From Vicugna vicugna (Eukaryota), in assembly GCA_013265495.1 (NCBI GenBank), contig MU057700.1, positions 651,502 through 715,501 on the forward strand: a stretch of 64,000 bases of DNA. The letters run 5' to 3'. Positions within the stretch are counted from its first letter, which is position 1. Every line of letters begins with the position of its first letter. Made by a program: the position numbers and the translations under genes. The notes below the pieces were generated by a model. It made no database searches and was not told where the DNA came from. It worked only from the letters and a program-made list of their open reading frames with translations. Of this stretch, positions 12,970 through 25,388 are shown piece by piece.

Positions 12970-13200
12970 CCTGCTCTCTGTCACCAGCTTTCTCCATCTC
13001 TCCTTTTTTTTCTTCTCGTGCTACTTGGTCCCTGTTCTCTGCCTCTGCCTGTCCTTTGTCTCCTTGTGTCTTCCTGTATTTTTCTCTCATCTGCCTCACT
13101 TTTTCTTGTCTATCTTTTTATTATCTATTTCCCTGTCCTTCCCTTTCTCTTTCCCCTTCTCTCTCTCCTCCTGCCTTCCTCCCCCTTTCCTTCCCCTCAA
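12970..13200 (+). repeat. CT-rich low-complexity tract
   Basis: Almost pure pyrimidine sequence. Confidence 0.7.
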
Positions 13201-15021
13201 CGAGAACTCCACCCTGGAATTTTGTTGTCCTTGTTCTCCTAGGTTGACTTTTGGGGCTGCAATTCTTTTAATTCATCCATCTACCCACCCACTCACCCTG
13301 TGCTGCTCCACTATTCTCAGCCAAGGCTTGTGCTGGGCACCAGGGTGGTGACCGTGCATCTGCCCCAGATCTTTTCTCCAATAGATTGTATCCAAAGATC
13401 TGGGCATGTAACCTGTTCAGTGCCTGGGAAAAATACATAGAAGATCAAGTTGTAAAGTTCTGAGTTTTCAGGGTGAGCTGAAGAAAAAAAAACTTGGCTT
13501 TAGAGACGAGGCATTGATTGAATCCTTTTCTTCTCATTAACACATAGACAACAGACAGCACCAGGAAGCTAAATCTTGCAGGAACATTTAGTGGGGACAG
13601 GGGCCCACACTATTGTTCGTGGAGGCTGTGCAAGGCCAGGTTCCTAGGGAGAGGGAGGGTGGGATTCAGAGCTCAGTTGTGGGAAGACAATACAGAGGCC
13701 AGGTCTTTGTATCTGAAACATTTGGGTGAGAGTTGATATAAGAAATTAGCTGTAAATTTGTAAAGTATATACTTGTCCATGCTGGTGTGTAGAATTTGGG
13801 TTTTATAATTACTGTGGCATGATTCAGACTTTTTATAGCAATTATTGTAGCATTTGAAATTAATGTTTTTGTGTACATTACGTAGGACCACAGTGAAAAT
13901 GTTTCACATTAATTTCAAAGATTATATCAGAGGCATACTAAGTGAAGAAATACAGAAAAACAAATCTGATTCATTTTTGAGGAATGTAGAGGGTATTGTA
14001 TATCAAAGCAGTTTTTTGCTTCTTAAAAATGTAATCTTGTCAGATAAACATGATGTCATTTTTGATGATCTTTTTATGACATGTATAGCTATATGTTGAA
14101 ACACACATATATACACACAAAAAATGTATATATACTATGTTGTAAAAAGAAAACCTGTTTGCTTTTAAAGCTGCTAATTACTGCCTAACACTTGAAGCTT
14201 TTGGTTCTTATAATTAATTTATCTGTCCCTTGAGTTTCTTATGAGTTTAATAATAATGTCTCTTATTTAACTTTTTGGTTGATATGCGTAAGGAATCTGT
14301 CAATAATAAATCACACAGAATTGAACAAAAATTAAATATGATGGAAGAGTATTGCAGTGTTCATTGAAAGAATTTCGTTCCACTTTATATCAAAGAACAT
14401 TGGACAAATTCATAGGTGTAAGTGTGGCACTTTGATTTGGGAGACTGTTTTCCCAACTGAAGAGTTAAATTGTCTTTTAAGTCATATAACCACTGATTTC
14501 CCGTGTATTAGAACTCTCACGGTGGCGTGGGGGAGAAGGGATGCTTTTCAAATAATTTAGAACCATCATGTCTGCTTTGCTTAGCAGGTATCTTTTTCAA
14601 AAATCTAGGAGGTGACAATTTTTCTTTAAAGCAGATAATAGAACCTTTTCTCTTTTTTTAGAGTCAAGGCCGAGTCTCAAGCTGCAGTGCTTTTAAATTT
14701 CTTTTCCTTCTTCAATAGGCTGCCTCTCTCCTCCTTTCTAGTCGTTGATATTATTGTGGAGTCTGGCTGAGCAGTCAGTCTGTTGTTCCAACCGTGGACT
14801 TGCCCCCTGAAGGCTGCCGCGGGAATTGGTCCATGTGGCCAAGCTGTGTTAGGGCTGCAGCTGACCCCGCTGTGGGCTTGGGAGCTGGCTGCATCCTGGG
14901 AGCCCTGCATTGGTTTTGCTTGGACATAGCAGGCATCCCTGCCAGAGGGGTGTAGGAGAGCTGGTCATGGAGCCTTTGAGGGCTGGCTAGGAAGTCCTTC
15001 TCTTTCCTGTCGCCCCCCGAC

Positions 15022-15434
15022 TGTGGGAACAAAGGAACGAGCCTTGGGCTGGAATGGTAAACAAGTTATAAAAAGCTGCAGACTCAGAGGTGAGAAGGCT
15101 GGTTAGCCAATGACGGGTAAGATCCCCAGAGAGGGGCAACCTAAGACAGGCACAGCCGCCTGAGTCCACGAAGAATATTGTTAAGCAGCTGTTTCTCATA
15201 CATTCTGCCCTGATAAGCTGTGAGTCTCGCTGGTGCCAACACAAACATGATTTACCAAAACATAAAGGGTCTTCTGACCTTGAGCCAGTGCAGCCTGTTA
15301 ACCATTTCCCTTGTCATTCTTCTTTGCTATGTAAGACTGTGTAACTTAATAAAGTTTCAGAGTAGCCATCAGCTCTCTCCACCTACGGTGTGTATGTGTA
15401 CATGGTATCGCGACACCAACATTTCCCCACTTCA
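15022..15434 (+). mobile_element. ERV2/ERVK (betaretrovirus-like) solo LTR
   Basis: Begins TGTGGG. Contains AGCCAATGACGGGTAAGATCCCC...CCTAAGACAGGCACAGCCGC, which I recognise from ERV2 LTRs. TATA-like CATAAAG ~15261, AATAAA 15348-15353, ends in CA (15421 or 15434). No clear TSD seen. Confidence 0.65.
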
Positions 15435-17235
15435 TGGTGCCACCAGCCAGCCTCCAGAAAGGCCTGGGCAGCTCTGTTGTTTTAAATTTTCTCAGGGCTC
15501 CAGGGCTAGGAGAATGTCTAGAAAACCTGTGCTTCGTCTCTCAGAAAACTTCCTGTTTTGGCCAGTAGAACCCTAGTTGGTGGTTCAGGATGACTGGGAC
15601 CCTGAGGGAGAAGTATCCCCATTGGGAGAAAAGGCTGGAAGTGGCCAGACACCCTGTCAACCTGGGGAGCTCAGTTTCAGAAGGTCACCATGATTATCAC
15701 TTCATGACCCCATGATCTAAGGGCTGGGAAAAAGTTGGAGAGTCTGGGATGGAAATCAGTTTCTTTCAGTAGGACCACGGGTGGTAATGAAGGGTGTCTG
15801 TGTGGCTCAGAGGGTTGTCTTGCTGAGCTCAGACTGAAAGACTCAAGGAAGACAAGAAGAGCCCCTTCTCAGGACACACACAAGAGTGACAAGGAGTAAA
15901 CAGTGTCAGGACACGAAAGCCCAGAAGGAACTGAGGGTATTGAGGTGAGCGGAGTACAGTGAAGTTTCCTTTAACAATGGATGGAGCGAAAGAACAAGGG
16001 CTGCACAGATCCACTTGCTCCTAGAACCGCTGGTGTCTGTGGAAGGAGAAGGATGAGGGAGCAGCTCTGCCTTGTCCAGCGATCATCTGGATAGAGAACC
16101 ATCCTCCAGCTGCAAAGGGCTTTGGCAGGTCCACGTAGGACAGGGGGGGCAGAGGCAGCACTGAGCGGCTGTGCATGCTGTCTCCTGACCCAGAGCTCAC
16201 TCTCCAGAGATGACCTTACACTTCTGCAGTGGTCCAGTGAGAGGAGTTGGGATCATGACACAGTTGCATGTAGCCTGGAGCTGGATGAGATTCCAAGTCT
16301 GACTTTGACCCTGGGAAAGAGTCTGTGAGCCTTCAACAAGAGGGGGTGAGCATTAGGAACTGGCAGGGACTCCCCAAGAACAAGCCACATCAGACACATC
16401 GTTTTCCATTTGAGAGACGTTGCTGTGATGATTGTGGCAGACTGAGAGGACCAAGTTTAGATGCAGCCCCTGATGGAGTTTGGTAGGACACACTTTGCAT
16501 TTGCTTGAGTGACCTCACCCAGCAGTGCTGGTGCCTGTGAGAATGGTGACCCTCGGGGAGGCATTCCAAAGGTCCCCATAAGCTCAGTACCATGGTCTCC
16601 TCCCTGTCTTCCTCCTCCTCCTCGTTCTCATTATCATTAGTAAGATTTGGATGGTAGCACTGATGGAAGCGAATTTGGGTGGACTCAACAGTCAGTAGCA
16701 TCCAGATTTGCAGTGGCCTCAGAAAGCTGGAGGGCAGTATGGGGTTTGTCAACATGGCATTTCCACATTGGAGATGAACACACTTGGGATGAGACCTGAA
16801 AATTCCCTCATGTAATTGTTGTAAAAATTCCATGAAATAAGGTGTATTAAGCTCTTAGCACCTCTGGCACGTAGAGACTAGTCAGTATTTGGTGACTTGT
16901 GTATTTATATCATGAAGCATCCTCGTAGGAAATATTCCATCCTGCAGGAAGACCACATGCCCCAAATTTAAGTGCCGAGAGGAAGGTTGTCCCACCTATG
17001 GCTCAGGGCAGTCGGGACAGTTCTAGAGTCTGGACATACATGGCTGTGGCTGGACAAGTTTGCCCGGGCTGTGAAGGCTGCCCAGCCAGGCTGGGTGCAG
17101 AGGGACACACGGGGGCAGCTGGACCAGGAGGTCAGCGGGGCAGCATCCTGCCCAGGTTTAGGAAACTCATCAGGTGGTTCTGAACTGTCATCTGGGGAAC
17201 AGAGAGAGCCAGAGAGCCAGATGAGGATGAGGCAT

Positions 17236-17490
17236 TGTGTGTGTGCATGTGTGCATGTATGAATGCAGAGTGTATGTGTGTGAGTGTGTGTATGTGAATG
17301 AATTTGAGTGTATGTGAGTATGTGAGTGTATGAGTGTGTGAGCGTGTGTATATATGAGTGTTTTCTGTGTTTATGTGTGTATGAGTGTGTGTACATGTGA
17401 GTTTGTGTTGTGAATGTATGTGTGGGTGGGTGTATGTGTGTGTGAGTGTATCTGAGTGTGAGTGTACCTGGGTGTGTGTGTGTCTCTGTG
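17236..17490 (+). repeat. Degenerate (TG)n / TGAG microsatellite
   Basis: About 250 bp of TGTG/TGAG/TATG repeats. Confidence 0.9.
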
Positions 17491-18179
17491 AGCTCATGGA
17501 AGTTCAGCAACAGGGCTTCAAGCAGACTAGTGAGAAAGGGGGAGAGGTGGCATCATCCCAGTGAGAGTCATACACTGGTAGATCTGGAAAGGAGGTAATT
17601 CAGCCCAATCCCAGTTTATAGATGGTAACTTGAAGCTGAGTGAGGTGGGATGGTAGCTCAGGGTCACTCGATAGACTAATGTGGCTGCCTTTGCCTCTTC
17701 ACGAAACACTGGTCATCACTCATCTCTGATGTCAACAGCAGCCCCTTTGAGGTCAGTTTGGAAAGAATGTTGGGAGAGATTCAGATCCCTCTGGTGGCAC
17801 ATGGTTTGGACTTGGTGCTCACCACTGGGGACACTGTGAGGGTGACATGGGCAGAGCAACTAAAGCAGGTTTTGGGGACACACACTTGGGTTTCAATCTC
17901 AACTCTGCCACAACTTTGCAGGGGACATGGGGCAGGGTGTTTACTATAGAAAGATCTGGGTCCTCCTCTTTCAGTGACATGCAAAACACCTGTCACAGAC
18001 TTGTGTCATTGAGATAGAAAGAAGGAGGGCAAGTACCTGGGCTTCCTTTTACATCTGGGGCAGGGGGCTGGCCAAGAGGAAGGCCCTGAGTTGAGCCCAA
18101 CAATGTCCTTGTGAGGAAAGAGCTCAGCCCACCTACTCCTCATGGTCCTCCTGGGCTTGGGCATAAATATTTCTTATAT

Positions 18180-19870
18180 ATTTCTCCTTCCTCCCTCTCC
18201 CGCTGTTAGGAAGTTGGGCTCCAGTCTATCTTGAAGGACAACGGCCACAAGGGAGTCTACTTGAGCTTGAAGGTTGGCAAACTGTAGGGCTTTTTCTTTG
18301 AGGCTTTGAGTGAGCTCCTGGGACAAATACTTGAATCTGGTGAGGGCTGTTGTTATTCCTGCTGTACCGGTGCCCACTACCGCAGAGATGCCCAGGGCGA
18401 CAAAAAGGGGTACTAGCTGTATGGCCCGTTTGGTTCAGGGTGTTCACACTGGGAGTAGAATGGGTGCATTTCCATTAGTAATAATAATGTCTGGTGCAAG
18501 GTAGGCAAGGGTGCATGTACCAGTCTAGTTGGGAGGCAAAGATATGTGGCAGATCCACAGAGAAGGGCTCCATGTTTAGGATTAAGGCATCCCTGGATGT
18601 GGAGGAAAAGGAGAGGAAGTAGAGCAGAGACATCTCTATGGTCACCTCCCTCTCGTTCTCAGGACTGGTTAGAGAGAGGGTGGCAGCACCAAGGGGCTGG
18701 AGGGAAATTTGATGTGACGAGGGTGGGATGCCTGTCTGGTCTGAGACTAAGTGGTGTCTGAGGGGATCCAGGTAAATGTTAAAGTTGATGAGTTGGGGGG
18801 AGAGCTTTCTGCATGTGGTGGGGTTGCCTCCTTTGTCATCTCGTATTCCCAAGAGTTTACTTGCATGAGAGGGGTTGTGGCCCTGGCAGTAGAGGGACCC
18901 GGTGACTGAGTTAGTCTAGGGTACGGTAGGGGGGCAGGTGATGCATATGGTATAAGTGGATCCATATCCTGAGTCTGATTGGATATCTGGCATAGGGATG
19001 GGGATGGTGTACTTCACAGTTTTTGGTGGAGCCAATTGTGTGTCCTTGGGTAAAGGGGTAGCGGGAGATACAAAGTGGTGGGGTGACTTTCCCTACTGTA
19101 GTTGCTACTGTAGGTCCTATGGCACTGATAATAAGCCGTCCCTTGACGTCATAGTGGGTAAGTTGCTGGTCTCACTCATTTTTTAACCATTGTGCAAGTG
19201 AGCGAAGAGGAAAGCTGGAGCTCTCCCAGAAGGCTGAACCTCGTTCAGGGGTGATGTGGAGACCAGCCTCCGTGGTAATCCATGCCATTACTAGGTCAGG
19301 GAAGGCAGTATAGGAGTCTCCTGAAGCAGGGAGGCAAATCCAGCAATTGGCTGTGTAGGAGGAGTTGCCCTAGTGTATAAGCTCTAGGATGAGTTTAAGG
19401 GAGTGATGAAGGTATAGTGGGAGAGAGAGACTGGGATTTACCCATGAGAGGGGAAGGAAACATGAAGATAAAGAGGTAGGAAAGGAGGCTATTCTTATTG
19501 GTGGAAAGGGAAAGGGATTGGTCATGAGGGTCAAAGATGTGACAGATAAGCTCCCACCCTTGTGAGTAGAGCATAAAATCCCCCTGTAGGAAGGCATCCC
19601 ACAGGAAGGTGAGGAGGGTTTGTCTAAAGAAGGGGGTTTTAGATAAGGATAAGAGAATTTGTTCTGCAAGAGTTATCTGTAGGGGGTTTTGAATTCGAGT
19701 GCAGAAGGGGCAGTGGCAAGGGGGTCTGTTTATTGAAAGCCTGAAAGTTTAGGGTCTAGATAGGGTGAGGTTTATTTTTGGTCTAGGAGGGCAACAGCAG
19801 ACAAGGAGAGTTAATACTATGCTGGCAATGAGGAAGACAGACAAGAAGGCAAGAGCCGTTAGTGGGGTCA
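18180..19870 (-). pseudogene. env: Decayed ERV1 (gammaretrovirus-like) env, truncated in TM
   Basis: CWIC motif (ANCWICLP, ~19330-19350); furin site/fusion peptide *TKR-AIQLVPLFVALGISAVVGTGTAG (~18360-18437); ISD-like QVDSLVAVVLQDRLEPNFLTAGEGG; multiple stops. Confidence 0.88.
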
Positions 19871-19899
19871 GTTAGGCAGGTGGTCATTGGTGATGAGCT

Positions 19900-21285
19900 C
19901 TTGGCTGTCAACTGCAGATCGTGGGCTGTCTTCCAGGATTCAGGTCAGACAGAGTTTGGTTGCCCCTGCGGAAATGCAATGGAAGTGCATTTGTTGGAGT
20001 GTTTAGGGTTGGGATCAGGAGGGCCCATTTTAGTTGGGAGTTGTGTACCCAATGTGGGAGGGTCACAAATTTGGCCACGGTTGGGGTGGTTATTGCCACC
20101 TGGAAGGGTCCCTGCCATTTGGGTGCTAGCGAGTTTGAGGGTGTCTTCTGTCTCAGGTATACCCAGTTCCCCGGGGGAGAGGACCAAACGTGAGTCAGTG
20201 GGTTCACACGTGTGGAGCAGCGTGAGGGCCTCTTCAGCACACTGTCGGATGAGGTGTCTGGTGAGGTGCAGAGCAGGCCAAATGTCAGGGAGATGGGGGG
20301 TCAGAGTCAGAAGGGAGGTTGTGTAAGGCCAAAGACCTTCTGTATAACAGCTTGAAAGGGATTAAGTTGGTGGGTTTTGAGGGGAGTGTTCGGAGCCTGA
20401 GGAGAGCTAAAGGAAGAAGCTGGATCCAGGAGGGTTAATTTAATTCTAGAGTTAGTTTGGTTAGGTGTTGTTTTAAGAGAGCACTGGCTCTCCACCTTAC
20501 CAGAGGATTTGGGGTCTATAGGGGATATGGAACTTACAGGAGATGTTTAGGGCTCTGGCGAGGTGTTGGGAAATTTGAAAAGTGAAGGCTGGGCCATTGT
20601 CTGTTTGTAAGCTGGCTGGGAGCCCGGAGTGGGGGATGATGTGCTGTATCAAGACTGAAGAGACGATCTGGGCCTTTTCTGAAGTGGATGGGAAAGCCCC
20701 AATCCATACCATAAAAGTGTCAGCTAAGATCAGAAGATACTTACATTTTTTATTAGGGGACATGTGGGTGAAATCTTGTTGCCAGTTTTGTCCAGGGAGG
20801 CGTCCTCATGCTTGGTGTGTGGGCAAAGGTGGTGGCCTAATGGCTTCTTGGGAAGATGTTTTGGAACAAGTGGTGCAGGCAAGAGTGGTTTGCTGTAAGG
20901 TAGCTTTTAAAGTCACGGATAGGAAATACTGGGTTAATGTTTGATAGAGGGGGAGGCGTCCAGAGTGAAACTGACAGTGAATTTGTTCTACAATCTGTTT
21001 TTCTTGTGATTTGGGGAGCATGATTTTGGAATTGAGCATGAACCATCCCTGAACCATAGGGCAACCCTGAGTTTGATATGTGTGTTGTTCGTCTCTGATA
21101 TGTGTGGGTTTGATTTGTGGAAAGATGGGGAGGAGTTTGGGTATGTTTTCAGGTTTGATGGACTCCCTGGTGGCCCTTTTTGCGCTAGCATCCGTCGAAG
21201 CATTGCCCCAGGCTATGTCATTTTCTGGGGCTTGATGTCCTTTGCAATGGGAGATAGCTGCAGCCATTAGAAGTAAGGCTGCTTT
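19900..21285 (-). pseudogene. pol: Decayed ERV1 pol (RNase H end and integrase), HERV-H/F-like
   Basis: HCKGHQ...GNASTDASAK (RNase H); H-H-C-C region (IHCQFHSG...CTTC); WQQDFTHM, ADTF..WI.AFP, LQTDNGPAF, FHIPYRPQ, PKWQGPFQV. Frameshifted. Confidence 0.92.
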
Positions 21286-21289
21286 TAAG

Positions 21290-21860
21290 AATTATAAGTA
21301 TTGAATATAGTTCCCTGTGCTATACAGTAGGAACTTATTGTTTACCTATTTTATATAGATAAACTATTTTTATCTATTTTTAAACTATTAATCTATTTTT
21401 TGCTACAATCCTGAACTCCCAATTTATCCCTCCCCACTCCCTTTCCCTCCTGGTTAACAGTAAGTTTTCTATGTCTGTGAGTCTCCTTCTGTTTTGTAAA
21501 TAAGTTTATTTGTGTCCTTTTTAAAAAAAGATTCCACATATAAGTGATAATCATATGGTATTTTTCTTTCTCTTCCTGGCTTACTTCACTTAGTATGATA
21601 ATCTCTGGGTCCATCCATATTGATGCAAATGGCATTACTTTATTCTTTTTTATGGCTGAGTAGTATTCCATTGTTTATATATACAACTTCTTTATCCAAT
21701 CATCTGTTGATTAACATTTAGCTTGTTTCCATATCTTGGCTATTGTAAATAGTGCTGCTATGAACATTAGGGTGCATGTGTCTTTTCAGATTAGAGTTTT
21801 TTTTCTGTTTATATGCCCAGGAGTGGGATTGCTAGATCATAGGGAAAGTCTGTTTTCACT
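21290..21860 (-). mobile_element. 5'-truncated artiodactyl L1 3' end
   Basis: Translation MEYYSAIKKNKVMPFASIWMDPEIIILSEVSQ = ORF2 C-terminus, followed by 3'UTR. Confidence 0.9.
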
Positions 21861-24085
21861 GAAAACTAACTGGAAACAAGTAGAAAGACTCTTATAAAAC
21901 CAAGGCTGTAAGAAAGATATACATGAAATCTGGTAGAAAGGAAAGAAATGTGATCAGGTAGGGACCTGTGCCCCTGGGAGGGGACTCAGAGGAAACTGGG
22001 CAGAGATCTGCACTGGAGAGTGAGCAGTTGTAGCCCTGGGGTCAGACACAGGGAAGACAAGTCCTCTTGGCTGGCTGGAGGACCACTGGGACTAACAGGA
22101 AGGCTGTGGGAAGCCTGAACTTCACTTGTGAGGAGTGTGTGCACACTGGCTTGCTCCTGAGGCAGAGTGGAGAGGGCAGATTGAGGACTGCTCCAGTGGC
22201 TGTCCAGTTTCTGATGACCACCTCAGCATGTGTCCCAGCCTGAGCTGCGCTAATGCTCCAGTCCTGCTTACATCACCTCAGAGCATCTCAGTGGAGCAAT
22301 GAGATGGGAGAGAGTTCCATGGTGGGATGAAGAGGCCTCTTGGACTTGAGGTGGCATTTGCAGATGCTTGCATGGGCTGTATTTGAGGGGCAGTTAGGAT
22401 TTCTGACTGTGGCCAGACCACCACAGTCCATTTTTCACACATGCTGAGAGGCCACATGGGCCCTGCCTACTCTGCAGAGTAGCTTCACAAACAGGGTGGG
22501 GGAGGCAGGGTATGGGGGAGTGATCAGCTGGAAGAAACATAGGAAACTTAGTTGCCATTGCTAGTGATTGCACAGACAGCACATCCAACCCAGACTGACC
22601 CTCTGCCAGAGGCTGGCTTGCTTTAGCTCACACCCTGTCACAAGGCAAGAGTCCACACTGACCCTCTTACTCCAGCACTGTTCCCCTCTGGGGAAAGGGT
22701 ACTGGTGTTGGCAGAGCAGAGAGATACACTTTAAGGGAACAGAGCCTACTCGGGCCTGACCCTTAGGGATTCTGCTCCATTGACTTGGGACCTAATCTTC
22801 TCCTTTTAGAACAGTGAGGACCACTGAGTAGAAAGTTCCACCTCGCACCTGCCTCAGGCGCTAGCTCCTCCATCTCCAGCCCCACTTCCTACCAAGGCAT
22901 TAGCTGACAGTACATCCTGGAGGAAAGACTTCTGTTTCTGTCAAATCGAGCTCTCTCACCAAAGGCACTGGGCACATGCAGACTGTATAGACATGCTACC
23001 ACATAGGGACACCATTCAAAACTATGACAGGTAAATGTTTCACATAAATTCATAGAGCCACATAAATTCATAGAGAAAGTTAAGCAAAATGAAAAGACAA
23101 AGGAACTGGTCTCAACTGAAAGAGCAACAAAAAAATCCTTGAAAAAATAATGAAATGGAAATTAAAAATTTACCAGATAATGAATTCAAAGTATTAGTAA
23201 TAAAAATGCCAGCTGAATTAGGGAAAAGAATATGCAAACACAATGAGAATTTTAACAAGAAACTAGCAAATATAAAGAACCAGTCAGAACTGAACAATAC
23301 AGTAACTGAAATGAAAAACACTAGAAGGAATGAATAGCAGACTAAGTGATACAGATGCACACTTAAGTGAACTGGAAGATATAATAATGGAAATCACTAA
23401 ATCAGAACAGCAAAAAGAAAAACAAATTTAAAAATGAGAGCAGCTTAAGAGATCTTTGGGCTAACATGAAACTTACCAACATTCACATTATAGAGACCTG
23501 AGAAGAAGAGATAGAGAAAGGGGTCAAAATGTATTTGATGAAATTACGGCTGAAACTTCCCAAACAAAGAAGAAAACAGATATCCAGGTACAGGAAACAT
23601 ACAGGGTCACAAAGAAGATGAACCCAAATAGACCCACACCAAGACATATCATAATTAAATTGGCAAAAGTTAAAGACAGAATTCTAAAGGTAGCGAGAGA
23701 AAAACAGAGTCATGCTAGGAAACCCACATAAGTCTGTCAGCTGGTTTTTCTGCAGAAACATTGCAAGCCAGAAAGATGAAGAAGATATGGTGTGTGTGTA
23801 TGTGTGTGTGTGTGTATAGACATATACAGAAGACAAGCTGGTGGATACCAGTGGTGAGAGGGAAGGGGAGAGGGGCAAGATAAGGTTAGGGGATTAGGAG
23901 ATACAAACTCCTATATATAAAATATATAAGCAACAAGGATATATTTTACAGCACAGGAATATATATTCATTATTTTGTAATAACTTTAAAGGGAGTAAAA
24001 TCTATAAAAAATACTGAATCACTATGCCATAAATCTGAAACTCATATAGCATTGTAAATCAAGTATATTTAAGAAAAATAATAAT
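21861..24085 (+). mobile_element. Older L1: 5'UTR plus decayed ORF1 joined to a 3' end
   Basis: ORF1 peptide MEIKNLPDNEFKVLVIKM...KNQSELNNTVTEMKNT. ORF1 runs to ~23772, then jumps to 3'-end sequence (AAGAAGATATGG...AAGCTGGTGGATACCAGTGG...GCATTGTAAATCAAGTATA). Confidence 0.8.
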
Positions 24086-24104
24086 TTAAAATTTTAACAA
24101 AACA

Positions 24105-24372
24105 ATTTGGCCATCTATTAATTGAGTTATCTTTTTATTGTTGAGATAATAGTTCTGTTTTTTTCTCCCCCATTCTACAGGTTGTTTTTTGTCTCTGAAT
24201 AGTCTCTGTTGAGACACAAAAGTTTGAAATTTTAAGTCCAATTTTTTTTCCACTTGTCTTTAGTTTCATATCTAAGAAACTATCCAACCCAATGTCATAA
24301 AGATTTCTACCTGTGTTTTCTCCTAAGAATTGTATAGTTTTAACTTTCATATGTTGCTCTTTGATACATTTT
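24105..24372 (-). mobile_element. Old L1 ORF2 fragment
   Basis: MKVKTIQFLGENTGRNLYDIGL...NFCVSTETI resembles L1 ORF2. Confidence 0.75.
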
Positions 24373-24431
24373 ATCAGATCAAACTCATTTCACTTCTTAA
24401 ACTGTTCCTATAACTCTACATTTAAACTTAC

Positions 24432-24499
24432 TGTTAAAATTAACTCATTATGATGCAACATTTCAAAGACAATAAATTTAACAGAATGTGCAGTCTCTT
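24432..24499 (-). CDS. Putative exon (possibly the same gene)
   Basis: CTGTAG| ... |GTAAGT, 68 nt, open frame EETAHSVKFIVFEMLHHNELILT in unique AT-rich DNA. Confidence 0.25.
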
Positions 24500-24829
24500 C
24501 TACAGCCATAAGTAATTCTTCAGTATTATATTTATTCTTTGAGAAATACCATATACCATTTGCCTTACTATGCAAGTGTACATAAATATGTATTATATAT
24601 TGATTTGCCAGATAATATGCTAGTATTATATTACTATTCCAGTTAAAGGAGATATTTTATATCTATATTGTCAAAAACGTTCAATTTTAGCTCCAAGTTT
24701 TATTTGAGATCATGTGAAATTTTACTTAGTGGACTGTGACTACTTAACTGTTTTTTTTTCTTTTCTTTTTTGAGGTATCTGATTGACTTTCTTTTTTTCT
24801 TGTTGATGATAAAAATGTAACCCTTCCCT

Positions 24830-25388
24830 GTAGTATCAAGATTATCATCCATGTACTCAGGTCAAAAATCCTTGAGTCATATTTGATTCTTCATTTTTCC
24901 TTATCTCACACATGAAATTTATCAATAAATCCAATCAATCATATTGATTCTACTTTCAAAATGTGTTCATAGTCCATCCATGTGTGGATGGACTCCACAT
25001 CTATCACTTTTTATCTAGCCTGTACTATTGTAAAAGTTTTCTAAATGGTTTTACTGCCATCTGTCTACTGTCTATGCCCACTCTATTTATAATAGACTAT
25101 TCAGAGGGGTGTTTCTTTGAAAAGAAGACAGGATATGTCACCCACTGGATCAAACTCCACTTTTTGCCTTGTGTCTCATTCAGAGTAAAACTAGAAGACT
25201 TTATGTTGATCTAAATGATTTTTATTAGCTGTGCTCTGCTACTTCTCTGACCCCGTCTCTCCCCACTGCCCCATTCTCATTCCATCTTGCCTCATTATTT
25301 TGTTTGAGTATACTAAGCTAGTCCCTATGATACCTTTACAGCTGCTTGTCCTTCTGTCTAGAATGCTCTTCCTATCAAATACCCAATA
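24830..25388 (+). mobile_element. L2 fragment
   Basis: CTCAGGTCAAAAATCCTTGAGTCATATTTGATTCTTC...TACTTTCAAAAT...CCTTCTGTCTAGAATGCTCTTCC L2 3' motifs; continues ~27550-27650 after the Tigger1. Confidence 0.7.

Noticed and set aside
12303..13351. Long ORFs of 200-239 aa over the first CpG island
   Set aside because: Arg/Pro/Gly/Ala-rich and Ser/Leu/Phe-rich translations expected from GC-rich and CT-rich DNA; no recognisable domain.
13570..14570. Possible old hAT transposon or exon (81-aa ORF 13854-14099)
   Set aside because: AT-rich, with no clear TIR or transposase motif I can verify; needs a Dfam search.
16968..17510. His/Thr-rich ORFs
   Set aside because: Translation of the TG microsatellite.
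23041..23075. Short tandem duplications (CACATAAATTCATAGAG x2; also AACTAACACTTATACAGTGC x2 at ~35196-35235)
   Set aside because: Ordinary slippage duplications inside L1 remnants.
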